Below, in pieces: positions 36,956 to 47,974 of a DNA stretch of 64,000 bases. The DNA lies in assembly GCA_965140445.1 (NCBI GenBank), contig OZ223236.1, forward strand, positions 3,328,001 through 3,392,000. The letters are read 5' to 3'. Under the pieces are notes generated by a model. That model ran no database searches and was not told where the DNA came from. It saw nothing but the letters and a program-made list of their open reading frames with translations. The stretch comes from Candidatus Ozemobacteraceae bacterium. GTDB lineage: Bacteria; Muiribacteriota; Ozemobacteria; Ozemobacterales; Ozemobacteraceae. The first letter of the stretch is position 1. Each line of letters starts with the position of its first letter. Both the position numbers and the translations under genes were made by a program.

Positions 36956-37986
36956 AAAAAGGTTTAACGCTGGGCAAATATTCCCCTTTGCACAAAGGGC
37001 ACCAGCTAGTAATTGAAACTGCATTAAAAGAAATGGATCATCTTTTTGTCATGATTTATGACAGTCCTGAAACCACAACAATTCCACTAAGCGTTCGCGC
37101 TAACTGGATAAAATCATTATATCCACAGGTTTCAGTTATTGAAGCTTTTGATGGTCCTGCAGAAGTTGGATATACACCAGAAATAATGCAGTTACAGGAA
37201 AACTACATCCTTTCGCACATGAAAGATAAAGCAATTACTCATTTTTACTCCAGTGAACCATACGGCGAGCATGTGAGCATTGCTTTAAAAGCAGAAAACA
37301 GGATCGTTGATATTGATAGAAGTGCTGTTCCAGTTTCAGGAACAGAAATCCGAAAAAATCCATTTGCTGCCAGAGCGTATTTATCAGACATTGTGTATCG
37401 TGATCATATTGTTAATGTGGTTTTCCTTGGTGCACCTTCAACAGGAAAATCAACAATAGCAGAAATTCTGGCTCATGATTTTAATACCGAATGGATGCCA
37501 GAATACGGAAGGGAATACTGGGAAAAAAATCAGATCGAACGACGTCTTACCCTTGAACAGCTTGTAGAAATTGCAGAAGGGCATCTGGATCGCGAAGAAA
37601 GCCGGTTATTAAAAGCCAAAAAATATCTTTTTACAGACACAAATGTTTTAACTACCAGGATTTTTTCCCATTATTATCACGGCAAAGCCTCTTCCAAACT
37701 GGAAGAAATGGCACAACAACACGCTTCCCGTTATGATTTATTCTTTCTTTGTGACACGGATATCCCATATGATGACACATGGGATAGATCAGGGGATGCA
37801 AATCGTTTAAAAATGCAGAAAATGATCATAGAAGACCTTGAAACCAGGAAAATCAAATTCATTAAGCTCAGTGGAAATCTTGAGAAACGGGTAGCAAAAG
37901 TCAAAAAAATTCTGGATTCTTTTGAAAAATACCAACAAATAGACTCAAATAATAAGCTGAAAACAATTAACCATTATCCGAAATAA
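36946..37986 (+). CDS. nadR: NadR-type NMN adenylyltransferase / ribosylnicotinamide kinase (no HTH)
   Basis: GKYSPLHKGH (HxGH), SSEPYG, VSGTEIR, GAPSTGKST, PEYGREYW, FTDT. Likely start at ATG 36946. Confidence 0.88.
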   Translation: MRLKKGLTLGKYSPLHKGHQLVIETALKEMDHLFVMIYDSPETTTIPLSVRANWIKSLYPQVSVIEAFDGPAEVGYTPEIMQLQENYILSHMKDKAITHFYSSEPYGEHVSIALKAENRIVDIDRSAVPVSGTEIRKNPFAARAYLSDIVYRDHIVNVVFLGAPSTGKSTIAEILAHDFNTEWMPEYGREYWEKNQIERRLTLEQLVEIAEGHLDREESRLLKAKKYLFTDTNVLTTRIFSHYYHGKASSKLEEMAQQHASRYDLFFLCDTDIPYDDTWDRSGDANRLKMQKMIIEDLETRKIKFIKLSGNLEKRVAKVKKILDSFEKYQQIDSNNKLKTINHYPK

Positions 37987-39058
37987 ATTTTTCCCACTCC
38001 TGGATTTTTTCAGAGTTTTTGGCTTTTTTGTAATATTGTAAGACTTTCTTCGCCTGTCTTATTGCCTTATCCTTTGAATCAAGATGTAAAAAGGCATGTG
38101 CACCGTATTCCATGGCATAGAACTGCAGCATGAAATTCTCTTCTAACTTGCCTTTTCGATGAATCTCTTTACAAATGTGCAGTAATTTAGGCCAATTCTC
38201 ATATTTTTTCGAATAATCAAGAATCCACTTCCAGCAAGCATTTTCATTGTCGAAATCGCCTTTTTTAATATAGGTCATTGCTTTTCGAAAAGATTTTTCC
38301 ATTTCATTGAAATTTTTAAGATTTCCGGAAATGTTTCCTTTTGCAAAATAAAATGAATTTGCCATATCAGGGGGTATTTGGTTCACTAATGCCGTCATTT
38401 TAGAGTTGGATAAAATTTTTTCTGCGGCTTCATACTTTCCGAGATCCATCATACAAAAAGCCTTTTGCATGTTAGTCATAAAAAAGAAGCTTGGACTAAA
38501 TTCACCTTTTTCTCCGTTTTTTAAGGGTTTAAAAACATTACTAAATGCTTCTATGGCTTCGGTGTTTTTGCCATTTTTATGAAAGGCAACCGCCTTATTA
38601 AAACGAGCTACGAATTCAGGATGAACATATCCTCTTTCACTTGCATTGCTGTCAGAAAGGCTTTTGGCCTTTTTGTAATCAGTTTTTTCAGATACTGTTT
38701 TATTTAAGTTTTTTTTACTGCTCGCAGCAACTTTCGCTCTGGATTTTTTACTATTTTTTGGTCGGGCAGTTTGAGGAGAATCGCTACCGAGGATCGCAAT
38801 TCCCATAAAAATAGCCAAAATTGAATACCATTGAACTGGAATAAAAAAGAGACTGTGTCGACCAGGATGATCTGAATTCATCCATTTTCCCCACTTCCAG
38901 ATAACAGCTGCGGTCGCAACCATAATTACACTAAATGGCCAGTCGTGAGCCTGATTATAGTCCGAGCCTAGAAGAAAAGAAAAAATAACAGCGCCCAACA
39001 ATATTAAAATTATGCTTAATGGAATTACTAAAATTCCAAATCCTCTCCAAATTAACAA
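37967..39058 (-). CDS. Membrane protein with C-terminal TPR-like helical region
   Basis: Three N-terminal TM segments (LIWRG.G..., HSLFFIPVQW), a Lys/Ser linker, then TPR-like repeats. Confidence 0.65.
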   Translation of the reverse strand: MLIWRGFGILVIPLSIILILLGAVIFSFLLGSDYNQAHDWPFSVIMVATAAVIWKWGKWMNSDHPGRHSLFFIPVQWYSILAIFMGIAILGSDSPQTARPKNSKKSRAKVAASSKKNLNKTVSEKTDYKKAKSLSDSNASERGYVHPEFVARFNKAVAFHKNGKNTEAIEAFSNVFKPLKNGEKGEFSPSFFFMTNMQKAFCMMDLGKYEAAEKILSNSKMTALVNQIPPDMANSFYFAKGNISGNLKNFNEMEKSFRKAMTYIKKGDFDNENACWKWILDYSKKYENWPKLLHICKEIHRKGKLEENFMLQFYAMEYGAHAFLHLDSKDKAIRQAKKVLQYYKKAKNSEKIQEWEKFISDNG

Positions 39059-39124
39059 AATACCCTCCCAACGATTTCCTTTGCTTCTATTTTTTCATAA
39101 TCAAACACCATTTTCAATGAACAA

Positions 39125-39159
39125 TAAAAAAGCTCGCCCAATCAAACCTTGGCGAGCTT
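39125..39159 (-). terminator. Intrinsic terminator after the PsiE-like gene
   Basis: Minus strand AAGCTCGCC...GGCGAGCT followed by a T-run. Confidence 0.7.
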
Positions 39160-39206
39160 GTACCGATTTAAAGTTGCCTATAACAAGTTAAAAGAGTAAA
39201 AAAAAC

Positions 39207-39623
39207 TTATCTATTGTTTTGTGGTTTAGGTGTTTCCAGAGAATTTTCTGAATCAGCGGGAAAAACCAGATATTTTCTTGCAATCATCAAGATTACAAAA
39301 GCAATTACACTTAATAAAATGTCTACTACTGAAAGATCTGGTTTTAAAGTTTTACGGGCCACAACAAAAGCCAGAAGCTCCAAAACCGCCTCTAATTCAT
39401 GGGTTAAAAGAGTTCTGATCAACTCCAGACAAATTACCAGTAAAAGAATTCTGTTGATTAGTTCATAAAGGGTTTCAGTTTGATTCCAGTCTGTTACCGA
39501 TAAGGCCGCCAAAGAGTGCAGAAAAAAAACAGCCATGCCCGCAAAAATTGCGATTGCTAGAATTCGCTCACTCCAAACTGCTGTACGTCGCAAACCATTT
39601 GCTAGTTTTACTGCCTGAGCCAT
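39207..39623 (-). CDS. PsiE-like small membrane protein
   Basis: Four TM segments; LLLVICLELIR...LELL.FVVARK. Confidence 0.7.
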   Translation of the reverse strand: MAQAVKLANGLRRTAVWSERILAIAIFAGMAVFFLHSLAALSVTDWNQTETLYELINRILLLVICLELIRTLLTHELEAVLELLAFVVARKTLKPDLSVVDILLSVIAFVILMIARKYLVFPADSENSLETPKPQNNR

Positions 39624-39703
39624 TTCCTTTCCTCCATTTATGTTATTGGAAGCTACTATACAAAGTATTTATTTTTGAGTCAACGAGCGAAAAAAACTGT
39701 TTC

Positions 39704-42640
39704 TTACTTTGTATGCTTAATATGCCGATTGAGAATTTCAATGAGTTCAGATTTTGTAAATGGTTTACAAATACTATCCATAAAACCATATTTGGTTGGA
39801 TTTTTCATAACAGGATCCTCTGCATAGCCACTTGCCACAAAAGCAGGAATATCCGAATTTATCTTTCTAATAGCTTCAATAGCGGCTTTTCCTCCCATTC
39901 CCCCAGGCACGGTAAGATCAAAAATCATTCCGATTATTTCCAGTTTGCCTTTGGTCTCTTCCACGAAGAAGTCAATTGCTTCCTGCCCATTGTTTTTGCA
40001 TACTACTGAGTAGCCAAGAGTTTCCAGCAGGTCTTTGATTGTGTCTCTGATTATTTCTTCATCGTCCATAATCAGGAAAATGCCACTTCCCTGATGTACA
40101 TTACTTGCCTTATCAGAAATTGGTAAAACCGAATCGGTTGAAGCCGGTAAATAAACATGGAATGTACTACCCTTTCCAGGTTCTGATTCTACATCAATAC
40201 ACCCATTATGCCTTTTTACAATAGAGTAGCAGGTAGCTAGTCCAAGGCCATGTCCTTTTGTTTTCGTGGTAAAAAATGGGTCAAAAATCTTTGAGACCAA
40301 ATCTTTTTGTATACCAATACCGCAATCTTTGACAGAAATTTTAATATATTTTCCATTTTCCAGACTTGGATGCTCTTTGTGAGAAAGTAAAATATTTCTA
40401 GCAGATAACTTAATGGTTCCTCCGAGGGGCATTGCCTGCTGAGCATTTATAACAAGATTGTCGATAACCTGTCCGATCTGATTTTTGTCAAAATTACATG
40501 GCCAGAGATTTTCTGGGACGTCGAAATGGCAGGAAACATTTGCGCCACTCAGAGCAAACCGTGCAGTTTCTTCAACAAATGGAAACAAATGACCAATTTT
40601 CTGAATAGGAGCGCCACCTTTTGCAAAAGTAAGCAACTGACCAGTTAAAGCGCGTGCTCTTCCTATTGTATTTAATGCCTTTTCGAGGTAGCTTGAGGCC
40701 ATCTTTTTGTCGGGTTCTTCATTCGCCAGATCTATATAACCAAAAATACCGCCCATTAAGTTATTAAAGTCATGGGCAATACCACCAGCAAGAACACCGA
40801 TTGACTCTAGCTTCGCAGCGCGTTGAACAATGTCGCTGAGCTTTTGTTTTTCAGTCATATCTCGAAAAACCAGAACCACACCAATGGTTTTCCCGTTTTT
40901 GGTCTTTATCGGTGCCCCGGAATCGGCAATAACCCGTTCCTTACCATCACGGGAAATTAGAATGGTATTATTTTCAAGCTCAATAATTTTACCGGAAGAA
41001 AGAACTTTTTCTACTGGGTTTTCGTGAGGTTTTCCGGTGCTTTGGTTTACTATTTTAAAAACTTCAGATAAAGGTTTTCCAACGGCCTCTTCCTGGCTCC
41101 AACCACAGAGATTTTCTGCAACTTTGTTCATTATTAAAAGATTGCCCTGAGGGTCGGTTGTTATTACACCGTCACCAATACTGCGAAGAGTGACTGCAAG
41201 ACGCTCTTTTTCAGCAGCGATAGCCTCTTCTGCAAGCTTGCGCTCCGTAATATCATTTACAAGAACCGCAAAATAATTCTTCTTTGGACAATAAGAATAT
41301 GTAGAATAATATCTGCCCGTAGTTTCCAGGAAATTTTCATAATAGCTTGGTTCGCCGGTCAATGCGACTTTTCCAAAAATGTCTATCCAATATTGTTCGA
41401 CTTTTGGCATAACTTCTCTAATTCGTTTGCCAATCGACATTTCACGTGTAACGCCTAAGAGCCGGGTATAGCTTTCATTTATATCCAAAAATATATAATC
41501 GATTGGCTTCCCGTTTTCATCTGTAATTATTTTGTGGACAGCCAATCCCTGATCAATAGCTGTAAATAGAAGACGAAATTTTTCTTCGCTTTCTTCCAAG
41601 GCAGTATGAATTTTTTTACGTTCGGTAATGTCCTGGGCAGCCCCCCAAAGGCCTGTTATGCGACCATCGGGCTCCTTAATTGCTTCGCCTCTAACCCACA
41701 TCCATCCATTAGTACCGTCTTTTTTGACCGTTTCCAGTTCAAGCTCATAGGGAATTCCATTTTTTCTGGTTCTTTCCATTGCCCTGGATAGCATTTCCCA
41801 GCTTTCTGGGGTAAATAATTTTTTATGCTCGAAATAAGGCGGAGGCGGTAAGGAAGGATCAAAGCCATACATCTTGTAAAGCTCCTCAGTCCATTTAACC
41901 TGATTCGTCTCAAGATCAACGCGCCAACTTCCCAAATGTGCAATTTCCTGTGACTTTCTAAGATCTCTTTCGCTTTCTCGCAATTCCTTTTCAATTTGCT
42001 TGGTTTGGACTATTTTGCTAATAAGTAATGCAGAGGTCTGCAACCTCTTCTTGGCAAGCTCAATTGTCTCAGGATCAGTTCTTTTAATTTCTTTGGAAAG
42101 CTCCAAGAGACTTTCAATTGAAACATTATATAAATCTGCAATAGGTTGCATTTCAGGAAGATTTTCAGGTGGACTTCCGTAGGCAAAATTAATGGCCCCA
42201 ATGCAGTCTCCATCCACCATTATTGGGACAGCATAGATGCGTAAGCCACCATTGCATTCCTTGTCAACCGGTTCTTTGGTTTCAATGGCAACTTTTGAAA
42301 TCGAAGTCCAACAGGATTCATGGCAAAGCCATTTACCACTATTCAAGGCAACCTCATTATCAGATGTATTGCAAAGACTTCTTGAAATGCCATCAAGATT
42401 ACGACACCATTTTGATGAGAATATTCCTAAAGCGTAATCACCGTTTCGTTCATAAATAGCAGATGAAGTCTGGAGAATATCCATAAAATCGCTGACAATA
42501 GAATGAAGTTCTTCTTGCCCAACGCTGTCAAGAATTGTTCTTTTAGTATTTAGTTTTGTCAGATCGCCATAATCAGGTAAATACTGACTTTGGAGAGTAA
42601 TCCTATCGCCATTTTTTTTATTTGGTTCTGCCTTTTTCAT
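39704..42640 (-). CDS. Cytoplasmic hybrid histidine kinase: PocR-like sensor, 3 PAS domains, HisKA, HATPase, receiver
   Basis: WCR..D...CHESCW...C.GG...YAVPI (PocR-like); PAS/PAC repeats; LAGGIAHDFNN; FDPFFTTK; GLGL; receiver MDDE...DLTVPG...KPF. Confidence 0.9.
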   Translation of the reverse strand: MKKAEPNKKNGDRITLQSQYLPDYGDLTKLNTKRTILDSVGQEELHSIVSDFMDILQTSSAIYERNGDYALGIFSSKWCRNLDGISRSLCNTSDNEVALNSGKWLCHESCWTSISKVAIETKEPVDKECNGGLRIYAVPIMVDGDCIGAINFAYGSPPENLPEMQPIADLYNVSIESLLELSKEIKRTDPETIELAKKRLQTSALLISKIVQTKQIEKELRESERDLRKSQEIAHLGSWRVDLETNQVKWTEELYKMYGFDPSLPPPPYFEHKKLFTPESWEMLSRAMERTRKNGIPYELELETVKKDGTNGWMWVRGEAIKEPDGRITGLWGAAQDITERKKIHTALEESEEKFRLLFTAIDQGLAVHKIITDENGKPIDYIFLDINESYTRLLGVTREMSIGKRIREVMPKVEQYWIDIFGKVALTGEPSYYENFLETTGRYYSTYSYCPKKNYFAVLVNDITERKLAEEAIAAEKERLAVTLRSIGDGVITTDPQGNLLIMNKVAENLCGWSQEEAVGKPLSEVFKIVNQSTGKPHENPVEKVLSSGKIIELENNTILISRDGKERVIADSGAPIKTKNGKTIGVVLVFRDMTEKQKLSDIVQRAAKLESIGVLAGGIAHDFNNLMGGIFGYIDLANEEPDKKMASSYLEKALNTIGRARALTGQLLTFAKGGAPIQKIGHLFPFVEETARFALSGANVSCHFDVPENLWPCNFDKNQIGQVIDNLVINAQQAMPLGGTIKLSARNILLSHKEHPSLENGKYIKISVKDCGIGIQKDLVSKIFDPFFTTKTKGHGLGLATCYSIVKRHNGCIDVESEPGKGSTFHVYLPASTDSVLPISDKASNVHQGSGIFLIMDDEEIIRDTIKDLLETLGYSVVCKNNGQEAIDFFVEETKGKLEIIGMIFDLTVPGGMGGKAAIEAIRKINSDIPAFVASGYAEDPVMKNPTKYGFMDSICKPFTKSELIEILNRHIKHTK

Positions 42641-42843
42641 AAATCTCTCACCTTGCTTCTTGGGGTACCCTTAACAGGCGTTTTCTCAGGCACCTTGCCC
42701 TATTTTTTATTATTGGCATGAAAATATTTTGAATTCAGGTGTGTTTTTATTGGCACTTTAATTGATTCTCATTCTAACATGATTGCCATAAAAGTTACAG
42801 CCATCATATCAGGGCTTAATTGCGATTACCCATTTAAACCATT

Positions 42844-43248
42844 TCACTCTGTTGGTAAATTCTCAAAATGAGTGACTTTTTCCAGTTCGGAATCCCAATT
42901 TGCTCTTTCGCTTAAAAAAATATGACCAGTAGGGATGATTTCTATATCGCTATCCAAACTTCCTGCGGGAACAACCAGCAGCTTTCCGTCCATTTGAATG
43001 TTAGGCAATGCTGAGCTACAGTTTGGACAAAAACTCTTTACATGACCTGAATTGTTATAGTCAAAAGTTTTTACTTCATTCTTTCCTTTTAACCATTGAA
43101 GCTTGGCCGTTGATGAAAATAGATTTGAAGCATGAGCAGAGCCAGTATCTTTTCGACAAAATTTGCAATGACAAAAGAAAAATTTTTCAAAATTTCCTGT
43201 GATTTCATACTTTATATTTCCACAAAGACAAGAGCCTGAATATTTCAT
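42844..43248 (-). CDS. GFA (CENP-V) family protein
   Basis: GSCLCG, CHC..CRK, FC..C.S Zn-binding motifs. Confidence 0.9.
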   Translation of the reverse strand: MKYSGSCLCGNIKYEITGNFEKFFFCHCKFCRKDTGSAHASNLFSSTAKLQWLKGKNEVKTFDYNNSGHVKSFCPNCSSALPNIQMDGKLLVVPAGSLDSDIEIIPTGHIFLSERANWDSELEKVTHFENLPTE

Positions 43249-43393
43249 TTTTCCTCCAAATAAAAGTGTTTAAGTCAATATAGGGAATACATTATAACAT
43301 GAATAAACATTAATCTGCTTTATGACAACGCTGTTTCAAATTTAATCTGCTAAGTTTCTACAAATAGTAGACATCGTAATTTCACCATGTTGA

Positions 43394-44470
43394 TTACTTA
43401 TAGATTAATTTGAATTTCTGAGTATTTCCTTCCAGGACGTCTGTTGAATCAGAAAATTGATTTAATGAGCCTATGTTTCTTTCAATGGATTTAACAATCG
43501 GATCTTTGATCTGTTTTTGGATTTCAGAAGCAACTAATCCTCCATTGATAACCAGGAAAGGCCTATCGTGGAAAAACTCAACTTTGGCTTTTAGAGGTTT
43601 AGTAATATTCAAAGAATTGTGAACTTTTACCAGATATTCATAGGCCTCGGAAAGATGTTTTTCCCTTGTTTTCCAGTCATTTGAGTTAATTACAGCATTT
43701 AGAACAGGTTTTAGTTTTTTTGATGATTTCAAATTATCAAAAGCTGTTCCAAACCATTTTATGTAGGGAGTATATTGTTTTTCCATCAGGAAACATAACT
43801 TCATGATGTCTTTGACTAATCTTGTAGCAATGATTTTTGAGCCAATCTCATCATTTAGTTCGCCACATCTCCCCATGAAATGCTCTTCCTGAGCAATTCT
43901 TGTCCATTGAGAAACAAGAAGATAATACCAAACATCCTTGGGATAATATTGAAACTTCTCGACTGTTTTCTTAAGACCTAATTCATCTGAAAAGATTTTT
44001 CCCGAAGTAATAGTCAATAATTTATGCTCTGGAAAAACAAGCCAATCATAGACAGAGATTTCTTTTTTTAAATCAAAATTCAGATATTTTTTGAAAAATG
44101 ATTCAATGGTGAACAGCACTATTCTGTGATTAATTTTACCGCTACTATTTTTTTCAGAAGTTTTACTGTCGTTTTCTTCAGGGGCTCCAAAGTGAGTAGA
44201 AAAACCTCTAAAAAGATAAGGCAATTCCCGGCTAAACATCTTGGAAATTTCCTTGCTTCTTTTGAAATCCTCTTTTGATAGAAACAACAACAGTCTCAGA
44301 CCCCAGTCATGATCCATAGAACGAGCAGTATCAAAATCAATCACGTCAGAACCAGGACCCAGTAATCCAACAGAATATTTAAGGTCGGGATAAAATTTCT
44401 TTAAAAGAGGTCCAACTAATTCTTTAAAGAATAGTTCACTTAGCTTTTTTCCTTTGATAAAACTGGTCAT
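43394..44470 (-). CDS. DUF4037-like nucleotidyltransferase-fold protein
   Basis: GLLGPGSDV..FD..S.DHDWG, YYP.DVW, PY.KW. Confidence 0.8.
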   Translation of the reverse strand: MTSFIKGKKLSELFFKELVGPLLKKFYPDLKYSVGLLGPGSDVIDFDTARSMDHDWGLRLLLFLSKEDFKRSKEISKMFSRELPYLFRGFSTHFGAPEENDSKTSEKNSSGKINHRIVLFTIESFFKKYLNFDLKKEISVYDWLVFPEHKLLTITSGKIFSDELGLKKTVEKFQYYPKDVWYYLLVSQWTRIAQEEHFMGRCGELNDEIGSKIIATRLVKDIMKLCFLMEKQYTPYIKWFGTAFDNLKSSKKLKPVLNAVINSNDWKTREKHLSEAYEYLVKVHNSLNITKPLKAKVEFFHDRPFLVINGGLVASEIQKQIKDPIVKSIERNIGSLNQFSDSTDVLEGNTQKFKLIYK

Positions 44471-44603
44471 CTCATTTTTATTCTTAGTGAGTCACTAATT
44501 TTTCCCTTTCAAATTTTATTCACCTGAAAACTATTTGGCTTAAAGTTAAGCGAATTTCCAAGGTGACAAATATTTTATCGAAACAACTGTTTGGGCGCAC
44601 AAA

Positions 44604-45146
44604 CTAAATCACTTCATATATTTTATCAATCATTGCCTCTACTGATAACGCACTGTCAATCTCAATTTCGTCGGATAACGTATAAATATTATACTTACTG
44701 TAGTGCTCAATCGCCTCATTTATGGATTTAAAAAATTGATTTGGCGCTTCAGGGGATCTTATTCTATGAGCAATACGTTTTTCCCAGAGGTCACCCTTAC
44801 TGCAGACGAACAGGAAAAATTTGACATTGCCCTTACCTAAATTCATTTTTGAAAGAAATTTAGAAAAGTAGGGTGTATGAGCTAATCCAATATCAACAAT
44901 CGCGTCAAAACCTTCATCATGGTGTCTTTGAATGGTTTCTGCAAGCTTATTATAGGTTAAGGAATTTGCTGAATCCCACTCAATCCCTTGGTTCAGTAAT
45001 TCATCAAAGACTTCATCCTTACTTATTGTTATAAAGCCTTTCTGGTCTTTAATGATTTGGGCTACCTTAGTTTTTCCTGTAGCTGCTTTGCCTCTAAAGA
45101 AATAGATCACCAATTTTTCCTTGTATACCGGAATATCTTCCCTCAC
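44604..45146 (-). CDS. P-loop kinase (AAA_33-like)
   Basis: FRGKAATGKT Walker A, ISKD, IVD. Confidence 0.7.
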   Translation of the reverse strand: MREDIPVYKEKLVIYFFRGKAATGKTKVAQIIKDQKGFITISKDEVFDELLNQGIEWDSANSLTYNKLAETIQRHHDEGFDAIVDIGLAHTPYFSKFLSKMNLGKGNVKFFLFVCSKGDLWEKRIAHRIRSPEAPNQFFKSINEAIEHYSKYNIYTLSDEIEIDSALSVEAMIDKIYEVI

Positions 45147-45291
45147 TGTTATTGCAAAATGGTTTGTTGCAAGACAAAAGGAACGGAATTCCAGGCAATA
45201 TTTCCACGCATCGTTAATATTTTGCCAAAAACAAGTAAATTATGCCAACTAGTTGGTAAAACAATGGATTAAATACGATCCTGGCTGCCTT

Positions 45292-46080
45292 TTATTCTGT
45301 CCAAAGTTCGCCAATGGAATATGTTTTTGCTTGTCCGCTAATAATAACTCTTTCTCCGTTATCTTCACAAAACAGTTTTCCTACTCGTTCAGAAATTTGA
45401 AGTGCAAAAAGTTCATTTTTGTTAAGTCTTTTTGCCCAAAAAGGGATAAGAGAGCAATGAGCAGAGCCTGTTACGGGATCTTCGAGAATGGAAGCCTGAG
45501 GTGTGAAAAACCTTGAAACAAAATCACATTCGTCCCCAATAGAGGTTACAATTACGCCGCCTGGATCAAGGTTTATTTTGTCAAACAATTGTCTGTCTAT
45601 TTCTATGTTTCTAACATCAGTTTCATTGTCATAAACTAAAACATAGTCTCTGGACTTAAAAACTTCCCTGGGTTTGATGCTTAAGGATTTTTCAATGGTT
45701 TCTGGTAAGTTAGCAATAACTGGTGGCCTTGAAGGGAAATCCATTTTGTAGAGTTCTTTGGCAACCAAAACGGTTAGATCGCCACTTAAAGTTTCAAAAA
45801 CAAATTTTTCGTTTTCGTAGCCAAGAATTGTCTTTAAGCAATGAGCTGTTGCAAGAGTTGCATGCCCGCACAAATCCATTTCAATTTCCGGGGTAAACCA
45901 ACGTAAATGAATTTTTTGGTCATTTGTCACAAAAAAAGCTGTTTCAGCAACAGCGTTTTCTTTTGCTATCTTCAATAAAATTTCATCTGCCGGCCATTTC
46001 TCCAGAGGCACTACACAAGCTGGATTTCCGCCAAATATTTTATCCGTAAACGCGTCTATTTGATAAAGACTAAGCTTCAT
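45292..46080 (-). CDS. PhzF family isomerase
   Basis: QIDAFT...GGNPA, ETAF, LRWFTP..E.DLCGHATL, EDPVTGSAH. AGGAG RBS before ATG 46080. Confidence 0.92.
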   Translation of the reverse strand: MKLSLYQIDAFTDKIFGGNPACVVPLEKWPADEILLKIAKENAVAETAFFVTNDQKIHLRWFTPEIEMDLCGHATLATAHCLKTILGYENEKFVFETLSGDLTVLVAKELYKMDFPSRPPVIANLPETIEKSLSIKPREVFKSRDYVLVYDNETDVRNIEIDRQLFDKINLDPGGVIVTSIGDECDFVSRFFTPQASILEDPVTGSAHCSLIPFWAKRLNKNELFALQISERVGKLFCEDNGERVIISGQAKTYSIGELWTE

Positions 46081-46426
46081 AGTGCTCTCCTGAAAATTTG
46101 TGATGTGCATGGGTTTATATACCATTTTTATCCTATATAGAGTTTGTTAGCGATAATTTATTTCTATTAATTTTAATCATGTTATCTTTACAGGTTCTAC
46201 TCCCAATAACAGCTCTGGAGTTCTTCAATTAGTGAGTTTTCCTTGGTAAAATTCTCCAAAATCGGCATTTATTTATGTTTGTAAAATTCTGGTAGTTCCT
46301 ACCGTTTAAAGCGTTTCTTCTTTCTATAAAGCTATATTTTAAAACCCATTTTTTCCTATTCGAAACTTTGCATTGAAGCCAAGTTTCAGTTATCTTCAAA
46401 TTACAAAAAACTATTGGGCGTATACA

Positions 46427-47332
46427 GTGAAACAATTTATTAGTGAACACAAACTGATTTTAATGGAAGCAGCAGTAATCGAACAATTGCGCAGAGACAG
46501 CAAGGTTAAACTTCATCCCAGACTTTTAAATGCCCCTTTAATATATGACAATCAAGGAAGGCTGGCTTTAAAAGAACTTTACAAACAATTCATTGATGTG
46601 GCTCAAACTGCTAATGTGCCTTTGTTGTTATGCACACCAACCTGGAGAGCTTCTAATGATAGAGTTATAGAGGCAGACATCCCGAAAACTATTAATATTG
46701 ATGCCGCGAAGTTTCTAAAGGAAATCAAAGCTACCGGTTCTTCAAAGAATCAAATTCCCATAAAAATAGGGGGATTGATTGGCTGCAAAAACGATTGTTA
46801 TAAACCTGAAGAGGGGCTTTCTACAAAAGAGGCCCGGGAATTCCATTCCTGGCAGATTGAACAACTTGTTTCTGGAGAAGTAGATTTCCTACTTGCTGCA
46901 ACTCTCCCAAATGTGCAAGAAGCAATTGGCATGGCACAAGCGATGGAGGAGTCAGGGGCACCATATATCATTAGCTTTGTAATTTCCAGAGATGGCGCGC
47001 TTCTTGACGGAACAAAACTTCTGGAAGCCGTAAATTTAGTTGATTCAAGCACCAAAAGAAAACCGCTTGGATATATGATTAATTGTGCCTATCCTTCTTT
47101 CCTTTGTCCGGGAAAACAACCTCGGGAGCTGTTCAGCCGGCTGATTGGTTACCAGGCGAACGCATCTTCCCTGGATCATTGTGATCTGGAAAACGCTGAT
47201 GAACTTAAGGCAGAAAGCATCTTAGAATGGTCTCACTTAATGAAAGAACTGAATGAGACCTATAAAATTAAGATTCTGGGAGGATGCTGTGGAACAAATA
47301 GTGCACACCTTAAGCAAATTGTTTCCCCCTGA
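46427..47332 (+). CDS. Homocysteine S-methyltransferase family protein
   Basis: TPTWRAS, INC..P and ILGGCCGT Zn ligands. Start uncertain (GTG 46427 chosen). Confidence 0.85.
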   Translation: MKQFISEHKLILMEAAVIEQLRRDSKVKLHPRLLNAPLIYDNQGRLALKELYKQFIDVAQTANVPLLLCTPTWRASNDRVIEADIPKTINIDAAKFLKEIKATGSSKNQIPIKIGGLIGCKNDCYKPEEGLSTKEAREFHSWQIEQLVSGEVDFLLAATLPNVQEAIGMAQAMEESGAPYIISFVISRDGALLDGTKLLEAVNLVDSSTKRKPLGYMINCAYPSFLCPGKQPRELFSRLIGYQANASSLDHCDLENADELKAESILEWSHLMKELNETYKIKILGGCCGTNSAHLKQIVSP

Positions 47333-47395
47333 CTCGCCAAATTCGGCTATTTATCTATTTGATTGAATGCTTTCAATTGTAGTAAAAGAGGTTTT

Positions 47396-47902
47396 ATGAA
47401 TAACATGGTAATTCGTCCCTTTGTCGATAGTGACCTGAGTGAAATTTTGTCTCTCAATGCCAAATCTGTTCATTTTCTGAGCCCCATGGATGCTGATCGC
47501 TTTGCATTACTAAAATCTCAAGCAAGTCTGATCTGGATCGGGGAAAAAGAAAACGAAATAGTAGCCTTTTTTATTGGCTTTGAAGCCGATTCAAGTTATG
47601 ACAGCACCAATTTCAAATGGTTTGATGCCAGGTTTAAGAAATTTCTTTATATTGATCGAATTGTGGTGAGCGAAAAAGCTCGCTCAACAGGAATTGGCAA
47701 AAGCTTTTACCAGAAGATTGAAAATTACGCTCAAAACCGCGGATTGCATTGGCTTTTAGCGGAAGTAGATGTTAATCCTCCTAATTCTGGTTCGCTTAAG
47801 TTTCATGACAAGCAAGGTTTTATAGAAGTAGGTCAGCAAAAACCTGGGTTAGGTGATAAAGTTGTTTCTCTCAGAGCAAAGGGACTAATACAAAACTTCT
47901 AA
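47396..47902 (+). CDS. GNAT N-acetyltransferase
   Basis: LYIDRIVV...R..GIG...Y; PPN..SL.FH...GF.EVG. GAGG RBS before ATG 47396. Confidence 0.85.
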   Translation: MNNMVIRPFVDSDLSEILSLNAKSVHFLSPMDADRFALLKSQASLIWIGEKENEIVAFFIGFEADSSYDSTNFKWFDARFKKFLYIDRIVVSEKARSTGIGKSFYQKIENYAQNRGLHWLLAEVDVNPPNSGSLKFHDKQGFIEVGQQKPGLGDKVVSLRAKGLIQNF

Positions 47903-47974
47903 CTCAAGCCTGTCTGAAATTAATCGAAATCAAAAATTACCTAAATTTTTTCAGTTCTATAAGGAATTCCCATT

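Noticed and set aside
42708..42770. Sigma54-like TGGCAC motifs between the hybrid kinase and GFA genes
   Set aside because: The -12 element is TTGA rather than TTGC, and the orientation points away from any plus-strand gene.
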